A stretch of 64,000 nt of DNA from positions 18,538,001 to 18,602,000 of the forward strand of contig CM022671.1 in the NCBI GenBank assembly GCA_012295275.1, read 5' to 3'. Position numbers and translations under genes: made by a program. This document shows positions 38,965 to 51,195 of the stretch, piece by piece; within the stretch, counting starts at the first letter, position 1, and every line of letters starts with the position of its first letter. The DNA comes from Chrysomallon squamiferum. Its lineage: Eukaryota > Animalia > Mollusca. The notes under the pieces are model-generated. The model had not been told where the DNA came from, did no database searches, and saw only the letters and a program-made list of their open reading frames with translations.

Positions 38965-39310
38965 CTATGATTCAGTATTGTTTGTGCAGTGATCCTTATT
39001 GTACTGTTAGAGTCTTAATCTACCATTGGTCAGTTATTGTTATAACGCTTGACCAGCACTGGTCAGGTAATAATCCAGAATTTAGCACTGATCCTGGAAG
39101 GATCTGCCTCTTATTCAACATAGCTCCAGTACCGATCACAATTAGTCCAATATTCATTTATTACTGATCCAGTACTAATTAAGTAAGCACTTGTCTAGTT
39201 CAGATCACGTACTAGTCTAGTGCTAATCCAGTCCTGGTCAGGTACCGATTTAGCCTGACATTGTACTGTTCCAATTCTTATTTAGCCCAATTCCAACTCT
39301 GATCCAGCAG
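38965..39310. repeat. Highly degenerate ~11-bp repeat (gatccagtact-like) just 3' of the neuroglian-like stop codon
   Basis: Recurrent ccagtact / ccagcact / ggtcagg / atccag units. Confidence 0.55.
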
Positions 39311-39398
39311 AGTTTTTCCTCTTCTTTCATGAAGTGACTCTGTTTATTCTGCATAGGAATAAACAGCTAAAATTATTTTTGACAGGCAAAGAGAGAAA

Positions 39399-41494
39399 TC
39401 ACTTCAGTATTGTTGTAATTAAAACCTGGAGAATAACTACAATCACACAGCACAGAGTCTGCCGAGCTTTTGACGCCTGGGTGTGTTTCGTCTGCATGTT
39501 CCATTTTGGAATGGTTTCTTTACTTGCTTCAGTAACTGGAAAATAAATAAATAAATAAATAAAATAATAATAAGAATAAAATTTCAGATAAATGGAAAAG
39601 AAAAATGGATATGAATGAATGGATAAATAATATACAATGCATATATAATATTAAAATTTTTTTTTAAACAAAATAAAAATAAAAAAGAGGAAAAGAAACG
39701 AAGCAAAGCAAAATTAAAGAAAACATAATTTTTTTTATTTTTTTTTATTATTATTTTTTTACAGGAATCTTTTAACTTCGATAAAGAGTAAAAGAAAGGG
39801 AAGTCGAAGTTAAGAGACTCCCAGGACAATAATAAGATGCAAAATGTTTATAATTTGTTTTGTTTTGTTTTATATCTCTTTTGTCTGCAGGTGTCTTACC
39901 TGGCCACGCTGTATTGATTTGTAATACGTCACTTACAGCAACGTCAGATACGGCGTTGTGCACAATGACGCGCACATAGTAAACCACGTCGTACGTAAGA
40001 TTTCCTAGTACTGTCCAGTGGCGATTCGTTACCGGGAGTGTTCGTTGCCAGTTGTGATCTTCTTTGTTGTGAAAGGTGTGTTTAAAGACAGAAAGAGAAG
40101 GAACAGTTTGTGAAAAAAAGAAAAAAAGAAAATAGAAAGAACCAGAAACCTAGAGAAAGATAAAATAGGTAGTTGTCCTCTGTGTTGTGTGTTTGCCTGG
40201 TTTGTTTGTTTGATTATTGGTTGGTTGGTTGGTTTATGCATATATCCTTTAATTTATCACTGATTATTTTCGTATAAAATATTTTCTATTAAACTTTTTA
40301 TTCTTGTAAACGAACTGAAATAAAAATTTTAACAACACCTCAAAACATTATAATTATATAACGTTGAAATGGTACAGGAAGTCATTGCCGCAGTACGCTG
40401 GCTACTCTTGAAAAATGAACAAGAGTTCTTGTGTACGCTGCCTCCCATTACGACAACGATTTTTGAATGGCTTGAACTTGAAATAACACAAACTCTAGGT
40501 CATACAAAAAGTAGGTTTGTAATTTTACCGCCGTTTCTATAATACGTTCAAAACGTATTTTAAAACATGTTCTTCTATTTGTTTAGATATTAATTAAAAA
40601 ATTTCCAAATAAAATAAAATTCATTACCGTTTTTATATTCACTTTCTGTCACTTTAGATAATTCATAACTATTTTGATTTTTTCTGTTAATCTACTGAAT
40701 AACGTAGAAGGTTGATGATTTACCAGATGTTTTGAATTCTACATAATACTGCAAATGCGGTGTTTTATCGGTCGCCAACCATGTAATATTTGCAGTTGTA
40801 GGTGTATACGTCACCAAATACACTAATGGTGCAGTCGGTGCTATTAAAGAAAAATAATTACAACTGGCTAAAATAACACGTGCAATAAAAATAAATAAAA
40901 AGCATGAGAGAGAGAGGAAGATAAAGTGGAAAACAAAAGATAGAGAAATAAGTAAAATAACGAAATAAAATTTCTTCAAAAACCACCAGAAGGATTTTTT
41001 AGAGAAACGTGGAACTTCAAGCAAGGAGCATGTTAATGACATTTCTTTCACCTTTGTCGTGGTCGAATGACAAACAGTTGCAATGTTTAGACAATCTCAT
41101 TTTGTATAAACTTTGTCAATGCTTTTTAAATCAAAAGAAAAAACTGTCTTCATAATTTGTTGTTGTCTACTGTTAGAGTTTAACATGAGAATCTGAATAG
41201 TTTTTGGACCTATTTTTCTTTTATTATTATTATTATTATTATTATTGTTATTATTATTAATCAATCACTGCAAATACTTAAAACTTAATTAATTCAATAC
41301 GTACGTGTTCCATTTACTGTACGAATATCAACAACGTCTGACGCACCAAGTCCTACTTTAGTCTTTGCGGATACATGGAATCTGTAGTCGTGATGAGGCT
41401 GCAATCCGGTTATTCTTGCGCCGAGTGTGGACGGATTGTTGATTTCTGGGTGCAACGGGACTACTGGCCCCAGACTAACGTTTACAACTAAATG

Positions 41495-41534
<40 letters not shown>

Positions 41535-42556
41535 TGATGATGATGATGATAATAATACATATAATAATAATAATAATAATATTAATATTAATGATGATGA
41601 TGATGATGATAATAGATATAAAAATAATAATAATAATATATGTCTAACTATCTATCTATCTATTTTAAATGCAACGTTTAATTATATATTTTTTGTCTTA
41701 AGAAAATTACCTTGTTGGTAGTCTATATGGTAACCAGTGAGAACTCCGTTTGGTTTCTCTGGAGGCAACCATTTCAGCAGTACGTATGTCATCCCAACAG
41801 ATTCCGCTCTGAGTTCCCGAACCTTTTCTGGAACTAAATAATTACATATTTCGTTTTAGAACCAATCAACCAACCAACCAACTAACCAACAAACAAACAA
41901 ACAAGAAAAAAGAAATTGAAAAACTAAGGAAAAAAAGAATGCATTAATAAATAAGTAAATATTATTACTACTACTATTACTCATACTACTGCTACTGCTA
42001 CTAGTAACTCATTATTACGTAATCAGTTTTCATCGTACCATGAAATTATTCGTATAGATATTTATTATCATTGTTCCATTCTGATTTCGATAATTTTATA
42101 ATTTCATGTTTTCATTATGCTGAAAACTCACCTCCTTCCGGAACGAAGAAGTCAATGATTTGACTGGGCGGCCCCGAGTAGTGCGTGTTTATAACCACCA
42201 CCTGCGCGCGTATTGCTGTGTACGACGGCAAACCGGAAATAGCTGCCCTCACATCCGGTTCGTTTTTGTAGTTCTGTGGTACTATTACGTCAATTTGTTT
42301 CATCTTGTGTCGTCCTTCGCTTGACTTCCAGTACTGGATCTAAAATAGTCAAAGAGATTAAGCATAATTAGGATAATTGTATAAATGCGGCCGAACTATT
42401 TTTCCAGTTTAATTTCATCCGACTGATATTGTTTTCTTGTCGGATATATAATGTTATAAAGCATATAGGGCCAAATTAAATGTGAATTAACTTTTCTTTC
42501 TGAAATATATTGTCATCAACTTACACTGTAAGAGAATACACTTGTTTTTAGTCTCG

Positions 42557-42610
<54 letters not shown>

Positions 42611-45406
42611 CCCACAGAATAAGCAAACAAAGAAACCCCCAAATTACTGATTATTTTTCATAAACTGAAAAAGGTATCTGTGTTGATATAATACTATGTA
42701 CAGAGTACATATAAAGATTATTTTATATACTGAACTGTGGGTTATGCAGGTGAATCGAAAACTGACACTCCCGAAATCTGATGCGTCGATGATAATGGTA
42801 AGGTACTGTATCTATGTTACATAACAATATAGTCACTTTTAACAGCTTATACTATATCAATATAAAAAAATAAAATAACATTTTAATGAAATTATTTTGT
42901 TCGGCTTCTTCTAGGATATTAATATAGCAAAACAAAGTTAAATTTAATATTTCACCCTGTATCCCTGGAACTGTCCACGTATTTTACCAGCCGAGTTTTC
43001 CACAGCTTCCCAGATGAAGTGAGCCGTGCTTGGTGTGAGTGGTCGACTGCGGTCAAGTCGAAAATCTTTTGGTATTACAACCGGCTCTGTAATGAAGTTA
43101 AAAAAGGGTTACAACGAACCAGTTTTTTGACGAGTATGAAAACATCATCAATAAAAATCAGCAATTCCAGCAAGGTCTCTGCATATTGTATTATCTGCAG
43201 CTATTTGTTGTTTGAAATGGTTTACTGTCTACGGTCAAAACAAATATTCAGTACGTTACCATATCCTTTTATTTAAATGATAATGGTGTATATATGATAT
43301 TGACTTTGAATAAATATATTCAGAAAATAAGCACACAGAAGGAAGACTGGGGAACTAGACGTACTTATTTTGTACCCATATACCTGCAGTTATATTTATC
43401 TGTGAATATAGGACGATATGGTCGTACATAGGACTAACCATACAGCATGCATAATCATTTTATTTTGGATTTTATTTTATTACAATTAAATAAGAAGTGA
43501 AATAGCCGAATAAAAATTATTACACAATACGATTAAATATTAAATATCTATTTACCTGCTTCACCGGAATGACCTTTAAATACAAAAGCTGGTTGATGGG
43601 ATTCACCTAGATCATTTTCAGCTTTTACGCGTATGTCATACAATCCAAACACGTCCTCGACGTCAATGACAAAGGAGTCGGCGTCTGCGTCATTCTGGTA
43701 TGCTGAGTTCCAGTACATGCTGGAACTCTGTCGCCAAAATACATGATAACGGAAACCTGGACCATGGCGATATAATCGTTCCATCGGCTAAAATAAAGGT
43801 TAAAAAAAGAAAGGTAAGGAGAGAAAAGAAAAGAAAGAAGGTAATTAGAAAACAACAGCCTGTCGTTGAATACTGAATATTAGAGTCAATATGATATGAG
43901 TATAATGCGTTACAGATTAATATGATTTGCAAAAAAGGAGAGAGCACACAATTGGAATCATTTTATAAAAAAAAGAGGAAAATCCTTTCGGACACTTTTA
44001 TTAAAAATGTATATCAAAACACATTCACAATATATATACAAATATATCCATATTACCACCCCTCCACCATCCCATAACCTCCAAAATCCCGCACAAACAA
44101 AACAAAATAAAACAAAACAATACGTAGGCCTATACTAAAAATCACGTTCACTGAAATTCATATAATAATGTAAGCAAACAGTTCTATAAATCAATAAAAC
44201 GTGACATTTGTTAGAATTCAATAGTTGTTATTAAGTGTAACAGGAAGTCGTGTAACTGCGCCAAACACGCTATTTGTTAATTGGCCTTGTCCTTGGAAGG
44301 ATCAGTTTAGAAACAATTTTCCTTAGAGATAACGTTAATATTACAGTCATCCGTCAACCTGACTATGCTGTATAAAAGCGTTCGGGTCTCGTAATAAGCG
44401 AATACAACTGGCTTGATAAATATGAATTCATCTGTATTTGTTAAGACTTTATTTGAATCCTATGAGATTTGTGGTCAAACTTCTGGGCACATTAACGTCA
44501 ACAAAAGTCTATATATGGATAATTCTGACCACATCTCGATTCCGGGTCATTGGTTGGAAAGGGAAATAGACTGAAAAGAATCGATTATGCCATCAGGTGT
44601 CAGACAAGAGAGACTAGTATTAAACCCCATAACTACATGTTTTATAGTTAATTCGTTGTTTATTTATATATTTATGACACAAGTATATCTATAATTTTAA
44701 AAATAGAACAAAGGTTTTACCTCCCACACAATAACCAGTTTTCCCTTTTGATCCGTTCGCGCATGAACATTTTGGGGATTCCGATCAGGTTTATCCGGAG
44801 GCGCTGAACACGTTGTTGACGTCACATTACTAGGTTCGCTTTGCCCAGCGCTGTTGTAAGCAATAACTCTAAAGGAGTATGTTCCCCAGGGCGAAACCGT
44901 TACCAGGGCGTTGGTAGTTTCTCCGCCAAAATATTCAGAATAGTCGTACCATCTGTCTGGTTCGTAGGACGTGTTAAACTGCACCGTGTACTCTCTAATA
45001 GGGGATCCATGCTCGTCTCCCGGGTCCCACACCAGTTCTGCTGACTGCCCGTGGCAGCTGATAAGTTCGAGATTCTGAGGTGGCTCTGGTTCACCTTAAA
45101 AAAATAAATTAAAAAGTCTTTTTTTTCTTCTTTAAAATTAAAAATAAAAATACTAACATAACAAAATATGAGTCCTTTTAGAGTCAATACAAACAGACAC
45201 TTACATATATAGAAGCTGACAAGTAAAAACAGAAACACATGAAAGTTAATGTTGAACTAAAGCGTGTGCAAGTAGTAAAGCATATGGATAGTCAGAAGTG
45301 AAAAATGAATATATGAATTTGGACAAAGTTAGATACGACACTTCGAGAATTTTAATATTGATAGATTTGGTAGAATCAGTTTCAGTAATGTAAAGAAGCA
45401 TTTTCC

Positions 45407-45437
<31 letters not shown>

Positions 45438-45741
45438 TGTTACCTAAGACTGTGAGGTGGCCCGTGGACACGTCCACGACAGTGCCAGCTGTCGCCTGAC
45501 ACGAGTAGTCCCCAGAGTCGGGGTACTCCGTGTTCTCTATGACGAGGATGTGCTGGTTGTCCTTGCTCTGATACGAGTATTTGTTGTGGAGGGACAGGTT
45601 GACGGGCTTGTTGTCGTGGGACCATTCCACGATCACTTCCAGCTCATCCGCGGGGTGGATGGGTGTGAGACAGACGAACTGGGCAGTCTCGCCAACACCC
45701 ACCAGCTGGTTTTTCAGATGTTCATCTATGTACACCAAGCC

Positions 45742-45791
<50 letters not shown>

Positions 45792-48700
45792 GTGGTAGTT
45801 ATAGTAGAAGTAGTAGTAGTTTGGTAGTAATATTAGTAGTAGAAGAAAAAGTTGTAGTGGTACTTGTAGAAGTAGTAGTAATAATAATAATAGTCACGAT
45901 GATGATGATGATAATTATACTGCCACTACTTTAACAGTATCATGAAGTAGAATGTAATAGGAATTGTAGTGGCAGAATTAACAGTAGTATTTTGGTTGCT
46001 GGCAATACCAGTAGTTATTGTGGTAAGAATAGCAGTAGAAGTAGTGATAGCGGTAGAAACAGTAGTGTTAAATGTAGCTGCACCGATAGTAATAGTACTA
46101 TTGGTAGTAGTATTACTAAAGGTACAAGTAGTATTAGTAATATACAGTATTAATATTTTGTCAGTGACTGGTTTTTTTAATTTTTTATCAAAACTATTTT
46201 TAAAATATCTCACGCAGAAAATAGCTGATTTACTAAAAGAAAAAAAAACCCACTCTTCAATCACGTTTTATTGATGTTTTATTTTCATCATATTTCACAT
46301 AGCTACGATTCACTGACGTCTGCTCCACCCTGAACTATCTATCAGAGAGTTGTCAGACAGAAGCTAAATGGCGCCTCAAACAAGTGTTTGATTGACGCAA
46401 CAAAGAGCTCTCATCACCACATTATTGTTTGACTATTAAACTGTCACGATGCATGATGACACAGCCAACACAATGATCAATGTGGAGAGAATCTCCGATA
46501 GTCACGAGCATTGATATCAAGGCCGAGAATAAATGATTATATGTTTCTTGTTTGCACGCTAAGTTCAATTTAACAGAAAGCAGATTCGAAGGAATAATTA
46601 AAATATAATTCATTTAAATTTTATAATCAAGAATTTCAATATGACTGGGATAAATGTTGTATCTGTAAAAGCATTTAAAAAAAAAAAAAAAAAAAAATAT
46701 ATATATTTTTGATCTGTTATTCGGTTATTACAGAGGTTTACAAATTGACTGAATATACTCTGATTTCTACTGAATTAATTAGTTAGTACTGACACACATT
46801 TTCAGTAACTTGTTAATCTGTTAACACGATTAGTGTTAAATGAATGCTCTTCAAGTCGCAGTTTAAACACTAGTAGATGACTTTTAATGAATGAATCATT
46901 CAATAACAGTAAATACAGCCTTTGGTCGGTTTATATTTAAATATTGAAATGTTTCAGAATTTTGTCAGTATCTTAGTTACGTTACTGATTAAACAAATAT
47001 TTATAGGGACACACAGACATAATGATAAATTGGTTGAAAGATCGGACGGGGCATTCCGTAGATGAGTTGAAAACTGTCATCTCACGAAATATTTATCTGT
47101 GTATATAAAAATATATTTTGTCCTTAAGAAAGAGACATAATTATACTCGAAACATTCTGTTATATGATAACAATACGGCTTGTTTCGTGATTACGGAAGT
47201 ACACGAACAATTATCTTGTCATTTTATTAAAATGAGATGTGCAGATTGGTTACAGCTGTGTTAAATAATCGAAGGTTCGCGTGCCGGTGTTACCGTTTGT
47301 GTCGAGAAGTGTTTGACTGTTTGTTTTTCTAGAACGTTAGTGAAACGAGTGCAGTCTGAAATGAAATTACAAATGAGTAATTGTTATTGAGTGGAAATAA
47401 ACTGCGGATGTGCTGACAGCATAAGGCTGGCAACATTGTTCTGTTCGTGTGGGTGTATCGACGTTCGAGTTTCACGTAGATTAAGAAAACTTAAAAGAGG
47501 AAGATATGTCGTAAATGAACTTTTAAATATATTTATTTATACACACACACATATATATATATATTTTAAAAGTCCATTTATTAAAAATATAAATAAAAAA
47601 TAATCCTTCAAAAATTTGAACTGTTTAAAGCATTCCATTTCAGGTTGTTTAATACTCAGTTTGTGTATCTTTCTAAGTACAATCTTCTATTTTCTCCCTC
47701 CTTTCTCTGTTTTTCTGTTTTCATCACTGTGTATTTTACCTTTCATTTTGTTCATCGCTATATTCTCGATCTTATACTTTTACTGTAAACTCATTTTTTT
47801 ATTTATTATTTCTACAAGAAAACCTTATCCTAATATAAACTTTTTGTACTGACTTTAATTTGAACAAGATAAGTTCATAAAATCTGTTCATCCTTACATA
47901 CATCTACTTTGCCATGATACTTTTACATTCACGACGCGCCATTAATTCAGCCGGTTTTATTTTGTCTTATCTTTGAGTATCTGTCGTCTGGATGTCGATC
48001 TTTTCCTTCCAGTTCTATTTTCGGCAATTCTCCCGGGAACGGGCTCCGCGCTAGGAAAAATACTTAATTTGTAAGAATAGTGCTTCATTCAACAAGACCA
48101 GGACTTGCCTCTCGTGTAGCGAGATATGAAAAATTAAAGAATCATCTCCTGGCTGTCGAGGGAGACACGTACCGTCAACACGAAGACGCGCCTAGCATGG
48201 ACGAACATTGCCGAAATGTCAACACGAAGACGCGAATGGCATGGACGAACATTGCCGAAATGTCAGTTCGAAGATCGCCGAGAGCTCTGAGCGAACAAGT
48301 GATTGACTCGGTGTGTCACGAGAGCTGGGATTGCATTTAATAATCGTCATGTCAGTTTCTCTGGTTACTTCGAGCAATGAAATTTAGTCTTGGATTTACC
48401 AGATATAAATATAAATCATCAGAATTATCGTACATGCCCTGTTTTGTGATAAGGGTTCAGTTCCTGTTACAAAAACTAGAGATTATAAATCTTTATCAGA
48501 ATTTGCCCATGTCATTAGTACTTAAACATTAACCCAGAACTACCACTCGATTATCTAATTGTCTCTCTGATGCTGTGCCGATTTATAGAACGAGTGACAT
48601 CAAAATGTATGCTGTTTTCATAGAATAAAATCAGAACTGATATAACACTGAAATAGTCGATGTTATGAAGATGTTTTCTTTTCTTTTTTTTCCCCTTCTT

Positions 48701-49295
48701 AACAAAATCTTTACTATAACAGAAGTAAATTGTACATTATATTTATAATGATATCTGTCTATCTGTGTATCTCTCTATCTGTCTATCTCTCTATCAATCC
48801 ATCGATCTATCGAGCTGTTGATCTGTCGATCTGTCTATTTATCTATTTATCTATCTGTCTATCTATCAGCCTATCTATCTCTATTTCTCTGTCAGTCTTT
48901 CTATATATATCTCTATTTTTTTTCTGTCTATATTTCTATGTGTGTGCGTGTCTATAATCATTATTTTATGCATGTATTGCTGCGTCCATGACTATATAAT
49001 AATAATAATAATGGTAGTTTTAATTTTAGTTGTGTTTCTGTGGGTGTATTTATGTATGCATGTATCCATGTATGTATGTGTATGATATGTCTTCTTTATA
49101 TATGTGTACGGACTATAATATATATAACAGCTATAAACAGATAACGTGTTACAGAAGTAAATATATCAGACGATGTATGTAAAGAAGCTCTGTTTTTAAA
49201 ACACCCCCCTCCCAAAACATACAGAACTCACCCCATAACGGCACAACAAAGTACCAGAAGCAAATCTGAAGAGACTCGAAATAGGCGATGTTCAT
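39399..49295 (-). CDS. Neuroglian/L1CAM-family-like cell-surface protein, 675 aa: signal peptide, 1 Ig, 5 FN3, hydrophobic GPI-like C-terminus; exons 49232-49295, 45444-45740, 44721-45094, 43556-43787, 42956-43086, 42132-42339, 41711-41833, 41305-41487, 40724-40840, 39900-40061, 39399-39535
   Basis: Eleven phase-consistent GT-AG exons give an open 2028-nt CDS. The Ig I-set domain reads FVC...VEW...DSGDYSC. FN3-1 (SPIREYTVQFNTSYEP...SPWGTYSFRVIAYNSAGQSEPS...PDRNPQNV) closely resembles Drosophila neuroglian FN3-1 as recalled. The protein ends ASKARQTLCCVIVVILQVLITTILK*. Confidence 0.88.
48174..48265. repeat. 44-bp GC-rich tandem duplication
   Basis: gtcaacacgaagacgcg(ccta/aatg)gcatggacgaacattgccgaaat at 48174-48217 and 48218-48261, followed by gtca. 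Confidence 0.92.
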
Positions 49296-49430
49296 GATCT
49301 TGGAATTTATTCATCGCTCAGGGTGACTCTCTTGAAAAGATAATTATTCACTGCACGGTCTGAAAATTAAAAAAAAGTTAATAAAATTAATTTGTTTTTT
49401 ACCAAACATTCAGTAGGATATTACCCATAT

Positions 49431-49470
<40 letters not shown>

Positions 49471-49841
49471 ATACACACACAAACACACACACGAACACAC
49501 ACACACACACACAAATGAACCAGTTAAGGCAGAGAGAGAGTCTGAAAGAAAGAGAAAGCGAGCGAAAGAAAGATGAGTGATAAGGTTATCAGTCATGAAC
49601 ATTTGCATTATTAAAAATGTGTGGTAGTTTAGAAATCTCTAAAGTCTTAATTTTTTTTCTTTTTAATCTTTTATTCTCATAACGTATTCTGCTTCGACTT
49701 TGTTTCGTAAAGTTAGTATTCAAGAGACTACTGAAAATTTCGATTCAATTTATTTTCTCGTATCAGCTTAAAACACGCCGTTTTAAATCACGTCCAAATA
49801 GAATTAATTTAAGAAATTCAATTGGCTTGTAAATGAAAAAC

Positions 49842-49876
<35 letters not shown>

Positions 49877-50731
49877 ATCATAATCTTTTGAAGAACAAAA
49901 TTCACATATTATGAAAAGGTCCATGAAATCACAACACTGCTATCTGAATAAAAACATTAAAAGAAATCAAACCACATTAACTAAATTAAAAAGTGATAAA
50001 AAAAAAAAATAATAATAATAAAAAAAAAATGATAAATGAAACCAAACAAACAAAAAGGAAGTTTATGAAGAATAAGAAAACAACAACATAAACAAGAAAA
50101 CAAACACCAACAAAAAATAAATAAATAAATAAATAAACACCAACCAAAAAAAAAAAAAAAAAAAACACCACCAAAAAAACCAAAACAAAACAACCCCCCC
50201 AAAACCCCCCAAAAACAACAACAACAAAATGCCCAACAAAAACAACAGCACGACAAAAAAAAAACAACAAAAAAAAAACAAGCTCAAAACTATAAAAACA
50301 AAGCACGTACAAACAGAATTCTAACTGAAACAGCAAAACAACAAACAACTGCGATGTAATTTGAACAAAACAAAACAAAATGACAGTATTCATTGAAAAA
50401 AAAAAACAAAAAAAAAATCGATATTTAGGCATGTTCTGTCATTGCTGAATTTTCAGGTACAGTTTAGAAACCACACTGTGTGAATGTTCTATTGAAATAC
50501 ACGCTTCTTTATGAATAAATCAGATCAGTTCTACCCGCTGTCTCGTGAGACTCGCAGTATTAGTGAGCAGCTAGCGAAGCTGATGACGGTCGCAGATAAA
50601 AACCTGTGTGTATCACTTGTCCTCCATACGTGTGCGTTGATTACGTTTCAAAACACCACCGGCAGCAGCACAAAACCTAATTGTTCAGAGAGGAAAAAAA
50701 AAAAAAAAATCCTCATTCTTATCGTTGCAAA

Positions 50732-51195
50732 TGAGCATAATGTAGCCCAGTGGTTAGAACGTTATTCCTAAAAGCGTGGTGAATCATCGGGTATTCAGTC
50801 ATCTTCAGTGGGCCTGTTAGATTTTACTAACCTAGCAGAGGATGTTATCAAAAGATTTTCAGTGGATGTTATGTTTACTGCCATGTCTGTATGAAAAGGC
50901 CTATATGAGATAATTTGATGCTTATACATAGAAATGGTATAGGAAGTAGTTATGGTTTATGCGATTTTATTTTCTAATTTAAGTTGCAATTTTATTATGT
51001 TATGGCTAAGGTAAGACTTTAATCAAATGCATTTCTGTCATTTTGTGATCAATCCAGACTACGAAATGCCTGCAACATGTTTTTTTCAATGAGAACACGC
51101 CATCCCCGTCAAATACCCGACCTCCAACTAACATTTTACCACGGAAATAACTGCTAACATGAAAATGTGTAGACTTGTCGTTAAACAAAGATTTA
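50732..51195 (+). mobile_element. Possible decayed tRNA-derived SINE
   Basis: A tRNA-like 5' head TGTAGCCCAGTGGTTAGAACG (Pol III A-box-like, 50741-50761) is followed by a degraded B-box region that does not fold as a tRNA. Boundaries are uncertain. A possible second, reverse copy lies at ~44450-44640. Confidence 0.4.

Noticed and set aside
37700-39398. Searched for a TM/FIGQY cytoplasmic exon of the neuroglian-like gene
   Set aside because: Only AT-rich, microsatellite and degenerate-repeat sequence was found; no such exon is visible.
44841-45934. Plus-strand and alternative-frame ORFs over the Ig/FN3 exons
   Set aside because: Shadow ORFs of GC-rich coding exons on the minus strand.
46420-46560. 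Hydrophobic stretch SEILSTLIIVLAVSSCIVT as an alternative signal-peptide exon
   Set aside because: It is preceded by an in-frame stop, with no in-frame ATG and no phase-1 donor.
50741-50820. tRNA-like 5' sequence
   Set aside because: No T-arm GTTCRA and no cloverleaf, so it is treated as a possible SINE remnant rather than a tRNA.
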